NCBI RefSeq assembly: GCF_006345805.1
Contig: NC_043014.1
Coordinates: 40,362,001 to 40,426,000, forward strand
Source of the DNA: Octopus sinensis
Lineage: Eukaryota
Reading direction: 5' to 3'
DNA length: 64,000 nt
The stretch's first letter is position 1, and the number at the start of each line of letters is the position of its first letter. Under the pieces are notes generated by a model. The model was not told where the DNA came from, made no database searches, and was given only the letters and a program-made list of their open reading frames with translations. Below, in pieces: positions 38,824-50,765 of this stretch. The position numbers were made by a program, and so were the translations under genes.

Positions 38824-40401
38824 CTACAAATACCTTTCACGTGGTGTAGCTTGGAATTTAATGTGAACAAAAAAAACAAAAAAGGAAATAGAAAGGAGAA
38901 TATATTTCAAACATCCCGACTTTATTTCCTTCATGTATTTTTATAATTTCATTACAATTACGTTGAAAAATAATTACTTTCGAGGAATAACGCACGCTTT
39001 CCCAAAATTCTCTAAAAGAAATCATGGAAGAAAGGGGAGTTCAGTGTTAAACAGCAATTAATGAATGTATATTTTTTCATTATTTTATCGTTGTCTTAAT
39101 CACTCTCCTTTAAACAAACTCAAGGGTGTTCCGCCTCCTTACGTGGTCTATATGTATGTTAGAAATAGGTAGGCATTGTGTGAATCTGAAAATGGTAAGT
39201 GGCTGTGTGGTAATAACTTGCTTACCAGCCACATTGTTCTGGGTTGTCCCACTGCGTGGCACCTTGGGCAAGTGTCTTCTATTATGGCTTCGGGCCAACC
39301 AAAGCCTTGTGATTGGATTTGGTAGACGGAAACTGAAAGAAGCCCCTCGTATATATGTATGTATATATATATGTATGTATATATGTATGTATATATGTAT
39401 ATATATATATGTATATATGTATATATATATGTATATATATATATGTACGTATGTGTGTATATATGTTTGTGTGTCTGTGTTTGTCCTCCCAACATCGCTT
39501 GACAACCGATGCTGGTGTGTTTATATCCCCGTAACTTAACGGTTCGGCAAAAGAAACCAATAGAATAAATAAGTACTAGGTTTACAAAGAATAAGCCCTG
39601 GTGTCGATTTGCTCTACTAAAGGCGGTGCTCCAGCATGGCCGCAGTCAAATGACTGAAACAAGTAAAAGAGTAACCGTGGGACTTTTGTTCACTTTCACA
39701 CTTTAACTATGGGGCTTTTGTCCGTGGTGGCTTTTGTCTGAGGTGGCTTTTGTCCTACACTCGTTAAACCAGTAAGAGATTAAAGAGAATTAGATGTAAC
39801 ATGTCATAAAAATGACATGAATTAATAAACGTATAAGATTATGAAGATGTATTGTTATAATCTTTCTGTTTTCTGTCCTTCAAAATATCTTGTTTATCTA
39901 ATATTATACCTTCCAAGTCTGTGTCTCTACTTAATATATATAAAAACAATGGCCAATTGTCGCCGTTACAAGCTGTTTCAAGTGCCACTATGACGTTGTC
40001 TGTATTTCTTCGATTGTTTTGTTTATTTGTGAGTGTGTGTGTGTGTGAACTTGCTATGTATACTGTCCGATACAGAACAAACATTTGGATGTTCCAATTT
40101 CATTCGAGTAGCAAAGATAATTTGGCATAACTACAGATATGTACCCCTCCCTGAATTTGCTTACTCTCTTTTACTTGTTTCAGTCATTTGACTGTGGCCA
40201 TGCTGGAGCACCGCCTTTAGTCGAGCAAATCGACCCCAGGACTTATTCTTTGTAAGTCTAGTACTTATTCTATCATTCTCTTTTGCCGAACCGCTAAGTT
40301 TCGGGGACGTAAACACACCAGCATCTCTTGTCAAGCGATGTTGAGGGAGGAGGGGACAAACACAGACACACAAACTTATACACCCCCCCCCACACACACA
40401 C

Positions 40402-40447
<46 letters not shown>

Positions 40448-41346
40448 CACACATATATACGATGGGTTTCTTTCAGTTTCCGTCTACCAAATCCACTCAC
40501 AAGGCTTTGGTCGGCCCGAGGCTATAGTAGAAGACACTTGCCTAAGGTGTCACGCAGTTGGACTGAACCCGGAACCATGTGGTTGGTAAGCAAGCTACTC
40601 ACCACACAGCCCTTTATAACTCTGAAAAATGTATCATTTTTTTGTGAAAATTTTTAGAGGTTTATTTTAGATCATGGAAAATAGGATTATATTGAAATTT
40701 GTAGTGAAAAACGTTTCGGGAAGAGGAGGCGTGTTCCAGAAAATTCACACACCGCAATTTGTTTCCTCATAACTTTCTGAAACTTGGATATTTTAAAGTA
40801 AATTTTCATCAAAATACATCTCAGATGGTGTAGTTTACGATTATGTTGGAATTAGATGTAGAAGCAAAATTCGAGGTGATACTGGATCATTTTTCAATTT
40901 TGATTCCTCATACGTTTTGATGAAGTGTGTGAATTATCTTCTAGGCGTAGGAGTGGCTGTGTGCTAAGTAGCTTGCTTACGAACCACATGGTTCCGGGTT
41001 CAGTTGGGCAAGTGTCTTCTACTATAGCCTCGGGCCGACCAAAGCCTTGTGAGTGAATTTAGTAGACGAAAACTGAAAGAAGCCCGTCGCATATATGTGT
41101 GTGTGTGTGTGTCTGTGTCTGTGTTTGTCCCCCCAACATCGCTTGACAACCGATGCTGTTGTGTTTAGGAACCCGTAACTTAGCGGTTCGGCAAAAGAGA
41201 ATGATAGAATAAGTACTAGGTTTACAAAGAATAAGTCCTGGGGTCGATTTGCTCAACTAAAAGGCGGTGTTCCAGCATGGCCAGTCAAATGACTGAAAAA
41301 AGTAAAAGAGTAAAAGAGAGTAACTCCAAATGTTCTTTCTTTCTTT

Positions 41347-41750
41347 GGATCTTTTCGGTTTGAACGGCAGTTTTTTCTAGCGGTGTCATATGAAATTGTC
41401 ACCCATAATTATGACCCTAGTATCGATCTATTGCATTTCAATCTATTTTAGGGTTAGGGGTGAAGGGTATCTTTTTTTCTTCACAAATGTAAATAAACCC
41501 AGTCTGTTTCTTAAACGAGGGACATATTCATACGGCACAGAATGTTCTTTACCTCAATAGACATCACTGATTGGTTGAAATTGCAGAAATTGATGAAAAA
41601 ACAACAAATATCTTACAAACTATAGAATTTTCTCAATAAAGCCAAGAGAAAAATGTGTTTTATAAACACATTCTACCAGTATACGAAGTTTTAAATTTTT
41701 TAGTTACCTAGAAATTATGTTACAAACTGCCGTTCAAACCGAAAAGATCC
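41347..41750 (-). mobile_element. GGATC-family MITE at a duplication junction
   Basis: Full TIRs, reverse orientation, no 8-bp TSD. Confidence 0.85.
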
Positions 41751-42197
41751 GAGATTTATTTTAGATCATGGAAAATAGGATTATATTGAAATTTGTAGTG
41801 AAAAACGTTTCGGGAAGAGGTGTGTTTCAGAAAATTCACACACCGCAATTTGTTTCCTCATAACTTTCTGAAACTTGGATATTTTAAAGTAAATTTTCAT
41901 CAAAATACATCTCAGATGGTGTAGTTTACGATTATGTTGGAATTAGATGTCAAAGCAAAATTTAAGGTGATACTGGATAATTTTTCAATTTTAATTCCTG
42001 ATACGTTTTGATGAAGTGTGTGAATTATCTTCTAGGCGTAGGAGTGGCTGTGTGGTAAGTAGCTTGCTTACGAACCACATGGTTCCGGGTTCAGTCCCAC
42101 TGCGTGGCGCCTTGGGCAAGTGTCTTCTACTATAGCCTCAGGCCGACCAAAGCCTTGTGAGTGGATTTGGTAGACGGAAACTGAAAGAAGCCCGTCG

Positions 42198-42228
<31 letters not shown>

Positions 42229-42423
42229 GTGTGTGTGTGTGTGTTTGTCCCCCAAACATCGCTTGACAACCGATGCTGGTGTGTTTACGTCCCCGTAACT
42301 TAGCGGTTTGGCAAAAGAGACTGATATAATAAGTACTAGGCTTACAAAGAATAAGTCCTGGGGTCGATTTAGTCGACTAAAGGCAGTGCTCCAGCATGGC
42401 CGCAGTCAAATGACTGAAACAAG

Positions 42424-42636
42424 GGATCTTTTCGCTTTGACCGGCAGATTTTAAAAATAATTTCTTTGTAACTACACACTTTTAAACAACAAATATCTTA
42501 CAAACTACAGAATTTTCTCAAGAAAGCCAAGAGAAAAATATGTTTTATAAACACATTCTACCAGTATACGAAGTTTAAAATTTTTTAGTTACAAAGAAAT
42601 TATTTTTAAAATCTGCCGGTCAAAACGAAAAGATCC
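42424..42636. mobile_element. Fold-back deletion derivative of the GGATC MITE
   Basis: Both ends are the left-type end (~50-bp IR); TSD GAAACAAG/AAAACAAG. Confidence 0.8.
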
Positions 42637-43318
42637 AAAACAAGTAAAAGAGTAAAAGAGAGTAACTCCAAATTTTCTTTTTTTTTTTTCTTCATTTTTT
42701 CCCCCCGTCAAACTTCAACATGATTGTTATCTATACCATCTGAAATGTACTGAGAATTTTATTAAAAGATATCCATTTTTCAGAAAGTTATGAGCAAACG
42801 AAATCGGAGAAGGAAGGAGATGGTGGTGATACATGTCTAGTAATGCCAGTAGGCAAGTGACCATAAACATTATGAGTTGAGTGTTGTTAAATAGATTTAC
42901 ATGATAATTTAATTGTTATTTATTTTATCAAACCATGAATGACTACAAGCAAAGTAGACTATGGCGGCAAAGGTGACTGTTTTGTTCGACACTAAGTGAA
43001 TTTAGTAAGTCGTCACTCATCATTCTGCTAATAGTTGTTTAATAAAGGCACACGACTAAAATAATTCGAGGGACATAAGTACTTGACTGATACTTAAGTA
43101 GTCGACCTCAGTTAATTATTGTGTCTCCAGTATATCTTTTTAAAAGGGCACGAACAATTTTGTTATATTAGTGTTTATATTTTAAGGTTTAATAAAATAT
43201 TCTGCATGCCCCGATGTAAAACTGTGTAGATTATACGAAATCTATTAATTCTGATCTCTCTCTCTTTCTCTCTTTAAGTAATTTTTAAAGCTTAGAACAT
43301 TAAAACATTGTAACTTAA

Positions 43319-44837
43319 GGATCTTTTCGGTTTGAACGGCAGTTTTTATCATAATTTCTAAGTAACTAAACACTTTTAAACTTCGTATACTGGTAGAATG
43401 TGTTTATAAAACATCTTTTTCTCTTGGCTTTATTGAGAAAATTCTATAGTTTGTAAGATATTTGTTGTTTTTCTTTTCTTCAATTTCTGCAATTTCAACC
43501 AGTCATTGACGTCTATTGAGGTAAAAAAAAACCATTCTGTGCCGTATGAATATGTCCCTCGTTTAAGAAATAGATTGGGTTTATTTACATTTGTGAAGAA
43601 AAAAAGATACCATTCCCCTCACCCCTAACCCTAAAACAGATTGAAATGCTATAGATCGATACTAAGGTCATAATTATGGGTGACAATTTCATATGACACT
43701 GCTAGAAAAAACTGCCGTTCAAACCGAAAGGATCCCTTAGAACATTAACATTGTGACACTTAATTCAAGCATGTATATAATCTATTATATAAAATCCGTT
43801 CTGTCTGTGTGTGTCTTCTAGGATCTCAGTCATCCTCCATCCGATTGCGCTCAAATTTGATACGTAGATACCGACGGTATCAGGGCGTGTATAAGTCATG
43901 AAAAAATTACAAAAATCGATTCCAGGTGAGAATGCGATCGATAAAGCCGTGGGAACGTGCATTTGTACGCGCAAGTACATCAGCTGTTGCGATCGATACT
44001 ACGCGTACGCGAGAAAAATGCACGTGCAGTTTGCACAAAAAAATCCGGCTGGCTTGAAATGATGCCACAAAATGCAGTGGATCTTTTCGGTTTGAACGGC
44101 AGTTTTTATCATAATTTCTAAGTAACTAAACACTTTTAAACTTCGTATACTGGTAGAATGTGTTTATAAAACATCTTTTTCTCTTGGCTTTATTGAGAAA
44201 ATTCTATAGTTTGTAAGATATTTGTTGTTTTTCTTTTCTTCAATTTCTGCAATTTCAACCAGTCATTGACGTCTATTGAGGTAAAAAAAAACCATTCTGT
44301 GCCGTATGAATATGTCCCTCGTTTAAGAAATAGATTGGGTTTATTTACATTTGTGAAGAAAAAAAGATACCATTCCCCTCACCCCTAACCCTAAAACAGA
44401 TTGAAATGCTATAGATCGATACTAAGGTCATAATTATGGGTGACAATTTCATATGACACTGCTAGAAAAAACTGCCGTTCAAACCGAAAGGATCCCTTAG
44501 AACATTAACATTGTGACACTTAATTCAAGCATGTATATAATCTATTATATAAAATCCGTTCTGTCTGTGTGTGTCTTCTAGGATCTCAGTCATCCTCCAT
44601 CCGATTGCGCTCAAATTTGATACGTAGATACCGACGGTATCAGGCGTGTATAAGTCATGAAAAAATTACAAAAATCGATTCCAGGTGAGAATGCGATCGA
44701 TAAAGCCGTGGGAACGTGCATTTGTACGCGCAAGTACATCAGCTGTTGCGATCGATACTACGCGTACGCGAGAAAAATGCACGTGCAGTTTGCACAAAAA
44801 AATCCGGCTGGCTTGAAATGATGCCACAAAATGCAGT
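43319..44837 (+). repeat. Tandem duplication, 760/759-bp unit (MITE plus spacer)
   Basis: 43319-44078 and 44079-44837 look identical by eye apart from one G (cagggcg/caggcg); MITEs at 43319-43735 and 44079-44495. Confidence 0.9.
43781..44078 (+). mobile_element. Helitron-like 5' fragment (duplicated at 44541-44837)
   Basis: A|TCTATTATATAAAATCCGTTCTGTCTGTGTGTGTC start; no 3' CTAG seen. Confidence 0.45.
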
Positions 44838-45271
44838 GGATCTTTTCGGTTTGAACGGCAGTTTTTCTAGCGGTGTCATATGAAGTTGTCATCCATAATT
44901 ATGACCTTAGTATCGATCTATTGCATTTCAATCTGTTTTAGTGTTAAGGTTAGATAGGGTTAGGATTAGAGGTTGGGGGAAGGATATCTTTTTTTTCTTC
45001 ACAAATGTAAATAAACCCAATCTATTTCTTAAACGAGGGACATATTCATTCGGCACAGAATGTTTTCACCTCAATAGGCGTTAGTGATTGGTTGAAATTT
45101 CAGAAATTGAAGGAAAAAAACAGCAAATATCTTACAAACTATAGAATTTTCTCAATAAAGCCAAGAGAAAAAGATGTTTTATAAACACATTCTACCAGTA
45201 TACGAAGTTTAAAAGTGTTTAGTTACGTGGATATTATTTAAAAATAACTGCCGTTCAAACCGAAAAGACCC
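44838..45271 (-). mobile_element. GGATC-family MITE
   Basis: TIRs; TSD AATGCAGT/AATGTAGT. Confidence 0.88.
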
Positions 45272-45630
45272 AATGTAGTATATTTAAGAGACCAAAAAAG
45301 TAATATGCAACAAAAGAGATATTTTCTTCAAACTTGGCATGATGGAAGGAAAGACTATTTGGTTTCCCAAGAATTTTTTTTTTTTTTTTGCCTTAACTTC
45401 GTTTAACAAAACCATGCTTAATTATTTTTTAATGAAAAGAAAATACCGATTGCTTTTTATTCAGCAGATATGATTCAGCGCCCGTAAATTGCACGGGGGG
45501 GGGGGCGTCTTGCTTGTGTTTTACGTCGTATGTAAGCAAACATAAGTTTGTTTTTGAAGTGCTGTAATGTATTGTAGTACAAGTAGAAGGATATATTTTT
45601 CCAGTGCATAAGTACTGATAGAACAGCATA

Positions 45631-46542
45631 TCTATATATATAAAACTGTAGTTGTGTGAGTGTCTGTCCCCTTCGATTTAGATTCCTAACTACTCCCACA
45701 TTTTGCGGTGCAGTTTAACCAAATTCGGGTATCTTATAGTCGTGATTCATATCGAGCCCGTCTGGCCATTAGCGCGCGTCTACGATGAGTCTACGATTTT
45801 AAAAATAATTTAACATAATTTTTTATTCCATTTTAATGCATATTTTTTAGTGTGTCGATAGCGGTGGAGTTGGCGTCCACGCTCACAGCTGCACCGGTGT
45901 TGCTTCTCCCCCTTCTTCCCTCCCTCGTGAAGCTGTGGGGAAGGGAGTGTAAGGAAATCAACGTCGTAATGCGTTGTCAAGGAGACCAGCGTTCTTTTAG
46001 AACAACGACTTCATGGCTTGAAGTCGCCAAAACAGAAATCGCTAAAAAAGCTGAAACAGATCCACAAAAACGGCAAAAATCGCCACACAGGGCAGGTTTC
46101 CTGTGCAAACAATTTGCACAACCGAATGTTTTAGTTGTTGCACAAATCTTTATATATAAAAGTAAGGTTGTGTGTGTGTCTCCTACGATTTAGATTCCTA
46201 ACTACTCCCACATTTTGCGGTGCAGTTTAACCAAAACCGGGTATCTTATAGTCGTGATTTATATCGAGCCCTTCTGGGTATTAGCGCGCGTCTACGATGA
46301 GTCTACGATTTAAAAAAAAAATTACCATCATTTTTTCCATTTTAATGCATTTTTTTCGCTATTATATAAGGGAAGTAACTCTCTAAAAATGTCTACGATG
46401 AGTCAACGATTTAAAAAAAAATTTACCATAATTTTTTTTTCCATTTTTAATGCATTTTTTTGCTATTTTTGGCTATAACTCTCTAAAAATGCTTTATAGT
46501 TATTTCCTTACAAATCCGAGCAACGCCGGGCGATACTGCTAG
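45631..46542 (+). mobile_element. Composite non-autonomous Helitron (two 5' ends)
   Basis: A|TCTATATATATAAAAC at 45631, second TCTTTATATATAAAAG at 46147, hairpin and CTAG|T at 46542. Confidence 0.9.
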
Positions 46543-47288
46543 TATAGAATAAAATCCTTACAGAGCAGAAAAATCTGTCAACAACCAGCCGTGAGACTCA
46601 AACTCACATCCCTTTAGTTTCCAGTCAAAGTGCTTTACCATTTAAGCTAAATTACTTTACTGACAAATTCTTCGGCAATTTCGAATTTATAGACTCATCT
46701 AGAAATGCTAGATGGTATAGAAATTACGTCATATGTAAACAAACATAAGTTTTGTTTTTGAAGTGTTGAAATGTATTGTAGTATAAGTAGACAGATATAT
46801 ATTTTTTTTAACACGTAAATACTAGTATGATATATAATGGTACCATTATGTTTGAGATATTCCAGCAACGATGATGACATTGGCATTTTAATGGCTTATG
46901 ACAAGTGTGTACTCCTGAGTACAAATAAAATTCTGTAAGCCTCTGTGTGTGTGTGTGTGTGTTTGTATATATATATATATATTAAATATATTAATAAATA
47001 AAACCTATGCATTTATATATACATATATGTACGTACCTACCTGTACATGTATATATACACGCATATATGAGTACAGGACACCAAAAAAACGTCGAACACA
47101 GTATGAGAAATGAAAACATAGACACAAACACAAGGAACAGGACATTTTTCTTAAACAACAAAAAAACAGAGTACAGGACAAATATATATATATATATAGT
47201 TAATCCAAACAAGAAAACACAAAAAAACGCAACAACGCGAGGACGTGGAACAAATATAGTATTATTGGACGCTCAGGAAAGAAGGGAA

Positions 47289-47323
47289 GTTTAACGTTTC
47301 GAGCGGAGCTCTTCGTCAGAAAC
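47289..47323 (-). ncRNA. Minimal type I hammerhead motif (Penelope/retrozyme type)
   Basis: Minus strand GTTT-CTGACGA-A-GAGC tcc GCTC-GAAA-CG-TT-AAAC, with palindromic stem III AACGTT. Confidence 0.75.
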
Positions 47324-47593
47324 ATAGGAGAAGGAAAGATCCAGAGAAGGGAAGACAGAGGAAAAAAAATCGCTAACGGTACACACGAGGTCACATTATA
47401 TATATATATATATATATATATATAAGTACAAAGTGAGATAGGGGTTATGAGTGTAACCCACTATGGGATATCAGTTATTGTTTTGTTTTGTTGGATTTGG
47501 ATGTTCCTATTTATGTAGTTAATAAATAATATGAATTGGTAATATCTGTAAGTTGATGATTGAAATGAATCTGTTCCTCCATTTTCTTATTTG

Positions 47594-47626
<33 letters not shown>

Positions 47627-47630
47627 GAAA

Positions 47631-48510
47631 CTAGCAGTATCGCCCGGCGTTGCTCGGGTTTGTAAGGGAAATAACTATATAAGCATTTTTAGTGAGTTAT
47701 AGCCAAGAAATAGCAAAAAACTGCATTAAAAATGGAATAAAAAATGATGGTAATTTTTTTTTAAATCGTTGACTCATCGTAGACATTTTTAGAGAGTTAC
47801 TTTCCTTATATAATAGCGAAAAAATGCATTAAAATGGAAAAAAATGATGGTAAATTTTTAAAAAATCGTAGACTCATCGTAGACGCGCGCTAATACCCAG
47901 AAGGGCTCGATATGAATTACGACTATAAGATTAAACTGCACCGCAAAATGTGGGAGTAGTTACGAATCTAAATCGTAGGAGACAGACACACAACTTCACT
48001 TTTATATATAAAGATTTGTGCAACAACTAAAACATTCGGTTGTGCAAATTGTTTGCACAGGAAACCTGCCCTGTGTGGCGGTTTTTGCCGTTTTTGTGGA
48101 TCTGTTTCAGCTTTTTTAACGATTTCTGTTTTGGCGACTTCAAGCCATGAAGTCGTTGTTCTAAAAGAACGCTGGTCTCCTTGACAACGCTTTACGACGT
48201 TGATTTCCTTACACTCCCTTCCCCACAGCTTCACAAGGGAGGGAAGTAGGGGGAGAAGCAACACAGGTGCAGGTGTGAGCATGGACGCCAACTAAAAAAA
48301 TATGCGTTAAAATGGAAAACAATGATGTTAAATTATTTTTAAAATCGTAGACTCATCGTAGACGTGCGCTAATACTCAGATGGGCTCGATATGAATCACG
48401 ACTATAAGATACCCGAATTTGGTTAAACTGACCCGCAAAATGTGGGAGTACTTAGGAATCTAAATCGTAGGGGACAGACACTCACACAACTACAGTTTTA
48501 TATATATAGA
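47631..48510 (-). mobile_element. Composite non-autonomous Helitron, inverted copy of 45631-46542
   Basis: CTAG at 47631-34, internal 5' end at 48014, outer 5' end at 48510; same internal segment (ORFs 45852-46193 and 47968-48291 are nearly identical). Confidence 0.9.
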
Positions 48511-48612
48511 TTAAATAATGGTAGAAATTGATATTAATCAATTTAAATCAGTTGCTTAGTATATTTTAAAATATTCGAAGATTAAAAGTTGTTTTACATA
48601 CAAAATTGAGAA

Positions 48613-48786
48613 GACTGACCACTAAAAGTGGACAGGCTATAAGCTAAACATAGACGTCAAATTGCCATTTACCACGAAGAATGTGTTCTCAAGAAAAATC
48701 TCAGCAAAAAACAAAAATTTTTCGTGATAAATGGCGATTTGACGTCTATGTTTAGCATATATGATATCCACTTTTAGTGGTCAGTC
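48613..48786. repeat. Palindromic MITE-like element
   Basis: About 65-bp inverted arms gactgaccactaaaagtgga...cacgaa / ttcgtga...tccacttttagtggtcagtc. Confidence 0.75.
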
Positions 48787-48811
48787 CTGTAAATTTTGTA
48801 TATATTTTATT

Positions 48812-49475
48812 ACCCGTACCATAAACCAAATGAATCCCTTAGATATATAGACATTAATTCTAACCACCCCAAAAATATATTAGACAACCTAGTGAAAAGT
48901 GTCTCAATTAGAATATCTAGCCTGTCCGCTACTGAAGATATCTTTAATGCCGCAGCCCCCTATTACAACGAGGCCCTGGCCCACAGTGGCTTTAAAGATA
49001 AGATCACCTACATTAGCATAGCCCCACGCCAACCCAGAAAAAATAGGCAAAGACACATTAGCTGGTACAACCCCCCCTTCAACCGTGAGGTCGCTACACC
49101 TGTAGCTAAAATTTTCTTCACTCTCCTACAAAAACACTTCCCCACCCAACATAAGTACTATACAATCCTAAATAAGAACACCATTAGACTCTCCTACTCC
49201 ACCACGCCCAATCTAGCCAGGAACCTAGCCAACAATAACGTGAAAAAACTTAATAAATCTACTTTTTCCGAGGCCCATCCAACATCCGAAAGCAATTGCA
49301 ACTGCCCTGATAAAACCACTTGCCCCCTCAACACCAACTGCCTACAGAAGGATCTCGTCTACACATGCGAGGTACGATCAGGCCCCGATGATAAAAGAAA
49401 ATCGTACATCGGAATGACGTCAAACAGCTTTAAGACTCGTTGATACGCCCACTCACATTCGTTCCGGCGACCTGA
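48812..49475 (+). mobile_element. Penelope-like element fragment: RT C-terminus, Cys linker, start of GIY-YIG endonuclease
   Basis: YYPYHKPNESLRYIDINSNHP...ISWYNPPFN...NTIRLSYSTTPNL...CNCPDKTTCPLNTNCLQKDLVY...SYIGMTSNSFKTR*; motifs typical of PLE ORF C-termini; in-frame stop and truncation. Confidence 0.85.
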
Positions 49476-49977
49476 CAAATCTAACTATATATATATATAT
49501 ATATATATTGTTTCAGTTATCTGACTGTAGCCATGTGGAGCACCGCACTTGAGGAATTTGTAGTTGAATGAATTAACCCTAATACTTTTCTTTTAAAGCC
49601 TGGAACTTATTCTGTTGGTTCTCTTTTGCTGAACTGCAAGGTTATGGGGATGTAAATACATCAACACCAGTTGTCAAATGATAGTGAGGAACAAAGACAC
49701 ACCCACATATGTATATGTATGATAGGCTTCTTTCAGTTTCCGTCTGCCAAGTCCACTCACAAGGCTTTGGTTGGCCTGATGCTATAGTAGAAGAAACTTG
49801 CTCAGGGTGCCTTGCAGTGGGATTGAACCTAGAACCACATAGTTGGGAAGCAAGCTCCTTACCCCACAGCTGTGACTATATTTATAATGAATGAGTACTT
49901 TGAGTTTATTACTGTTATTATTTCTTAGAAAGATGGGAAAACTTTTCTACACATTATCTACAAGATTCTTAATTATC

Positions 49978-50127
49978 ACTGAGGTTGGGGTCCACCAGGT
50001 TTCAGTCCTCAGCCCCCTCCTATTTATCATAGTCCTCCAGGCAATTACGGAGGAATTCAAGACAGGATGCACCTGGAAGCTTCTCTATGCTGATGACCTT
50101 GCTCTAATTGCTGAGTCACTATTAGAA
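49978..50127 (+). mobile_element. RTE-like reverse transcriptase core fragment
   Basis: EVGVHQVSVLSPLLFIIV...WKLLYADDLALIAES (GVxQGSxLSP and YADD motifs). Confidence 0.8.
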
Positions 50128-50369
50128 GTAGATGATGATGATGACTGGAGGGTGGTATGTGTTTTGTGCTTAAATTCAGTCCAAGTATCTGAAATGTTAG
50201 TTATTGCTAGATTGTTACTCACAGTGATGTTTAAATGAAATTTCTTAAACTGAACATCACCACAGCACTTTAGAAATTACATCAGTTTTACATACAAGTA
50301 AATTGCACCCCTACAGAAATCCAGATAAGGAAACTATACATATAAGAAGCTTGCTTCCCAACCACATAG

Positions 50370-50447
<78 letters not shown>

Positions 50448-50451
50448 GTGT

Positions 50452-50765
50452 GTGGAGGCGCAATGGCCAAGTGGTTAGGGCAGCGGACTCGCTGTCGTAG
50501 GATCGTGGTTTCGATTCCCAGACCGGGCGTTGTGAGTGTTTATTGAACGAAAACACCTAAAGCTCCATGAGGCTCCGGCAGGGGGCGGTGGCGACCCCTA
50601 CTGTATTCTTTTGCCACAACTTTTTCTCACTCTTTCTTCTGTTGGCCTGCTTGCTTAGCCGGCGGGGTGGCGTCATTTGAAGGCTAAAACAATGTGAAGC
50701 GCATTGTGACCAGCGATGTGTAGCAACATCTGATAGCCTGGTCAGTCAAGGTGATCAAGGTGATA
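50452..50765 (+). mobile_element. tRNA(Arg)-like SINE with the family E head and a different tail
   Basis: The first ~190 nt align with 32548-32841, then the sequences diverge. Confidence 0.8.

Noticed and set aside
45852-46193. Helitron-captured host gene ORF (also 47968-48291)
   Set aside because: No recognisable domain, and the frame runs into the Helitron terminus; kept only as a transduced segment of unknown origin.
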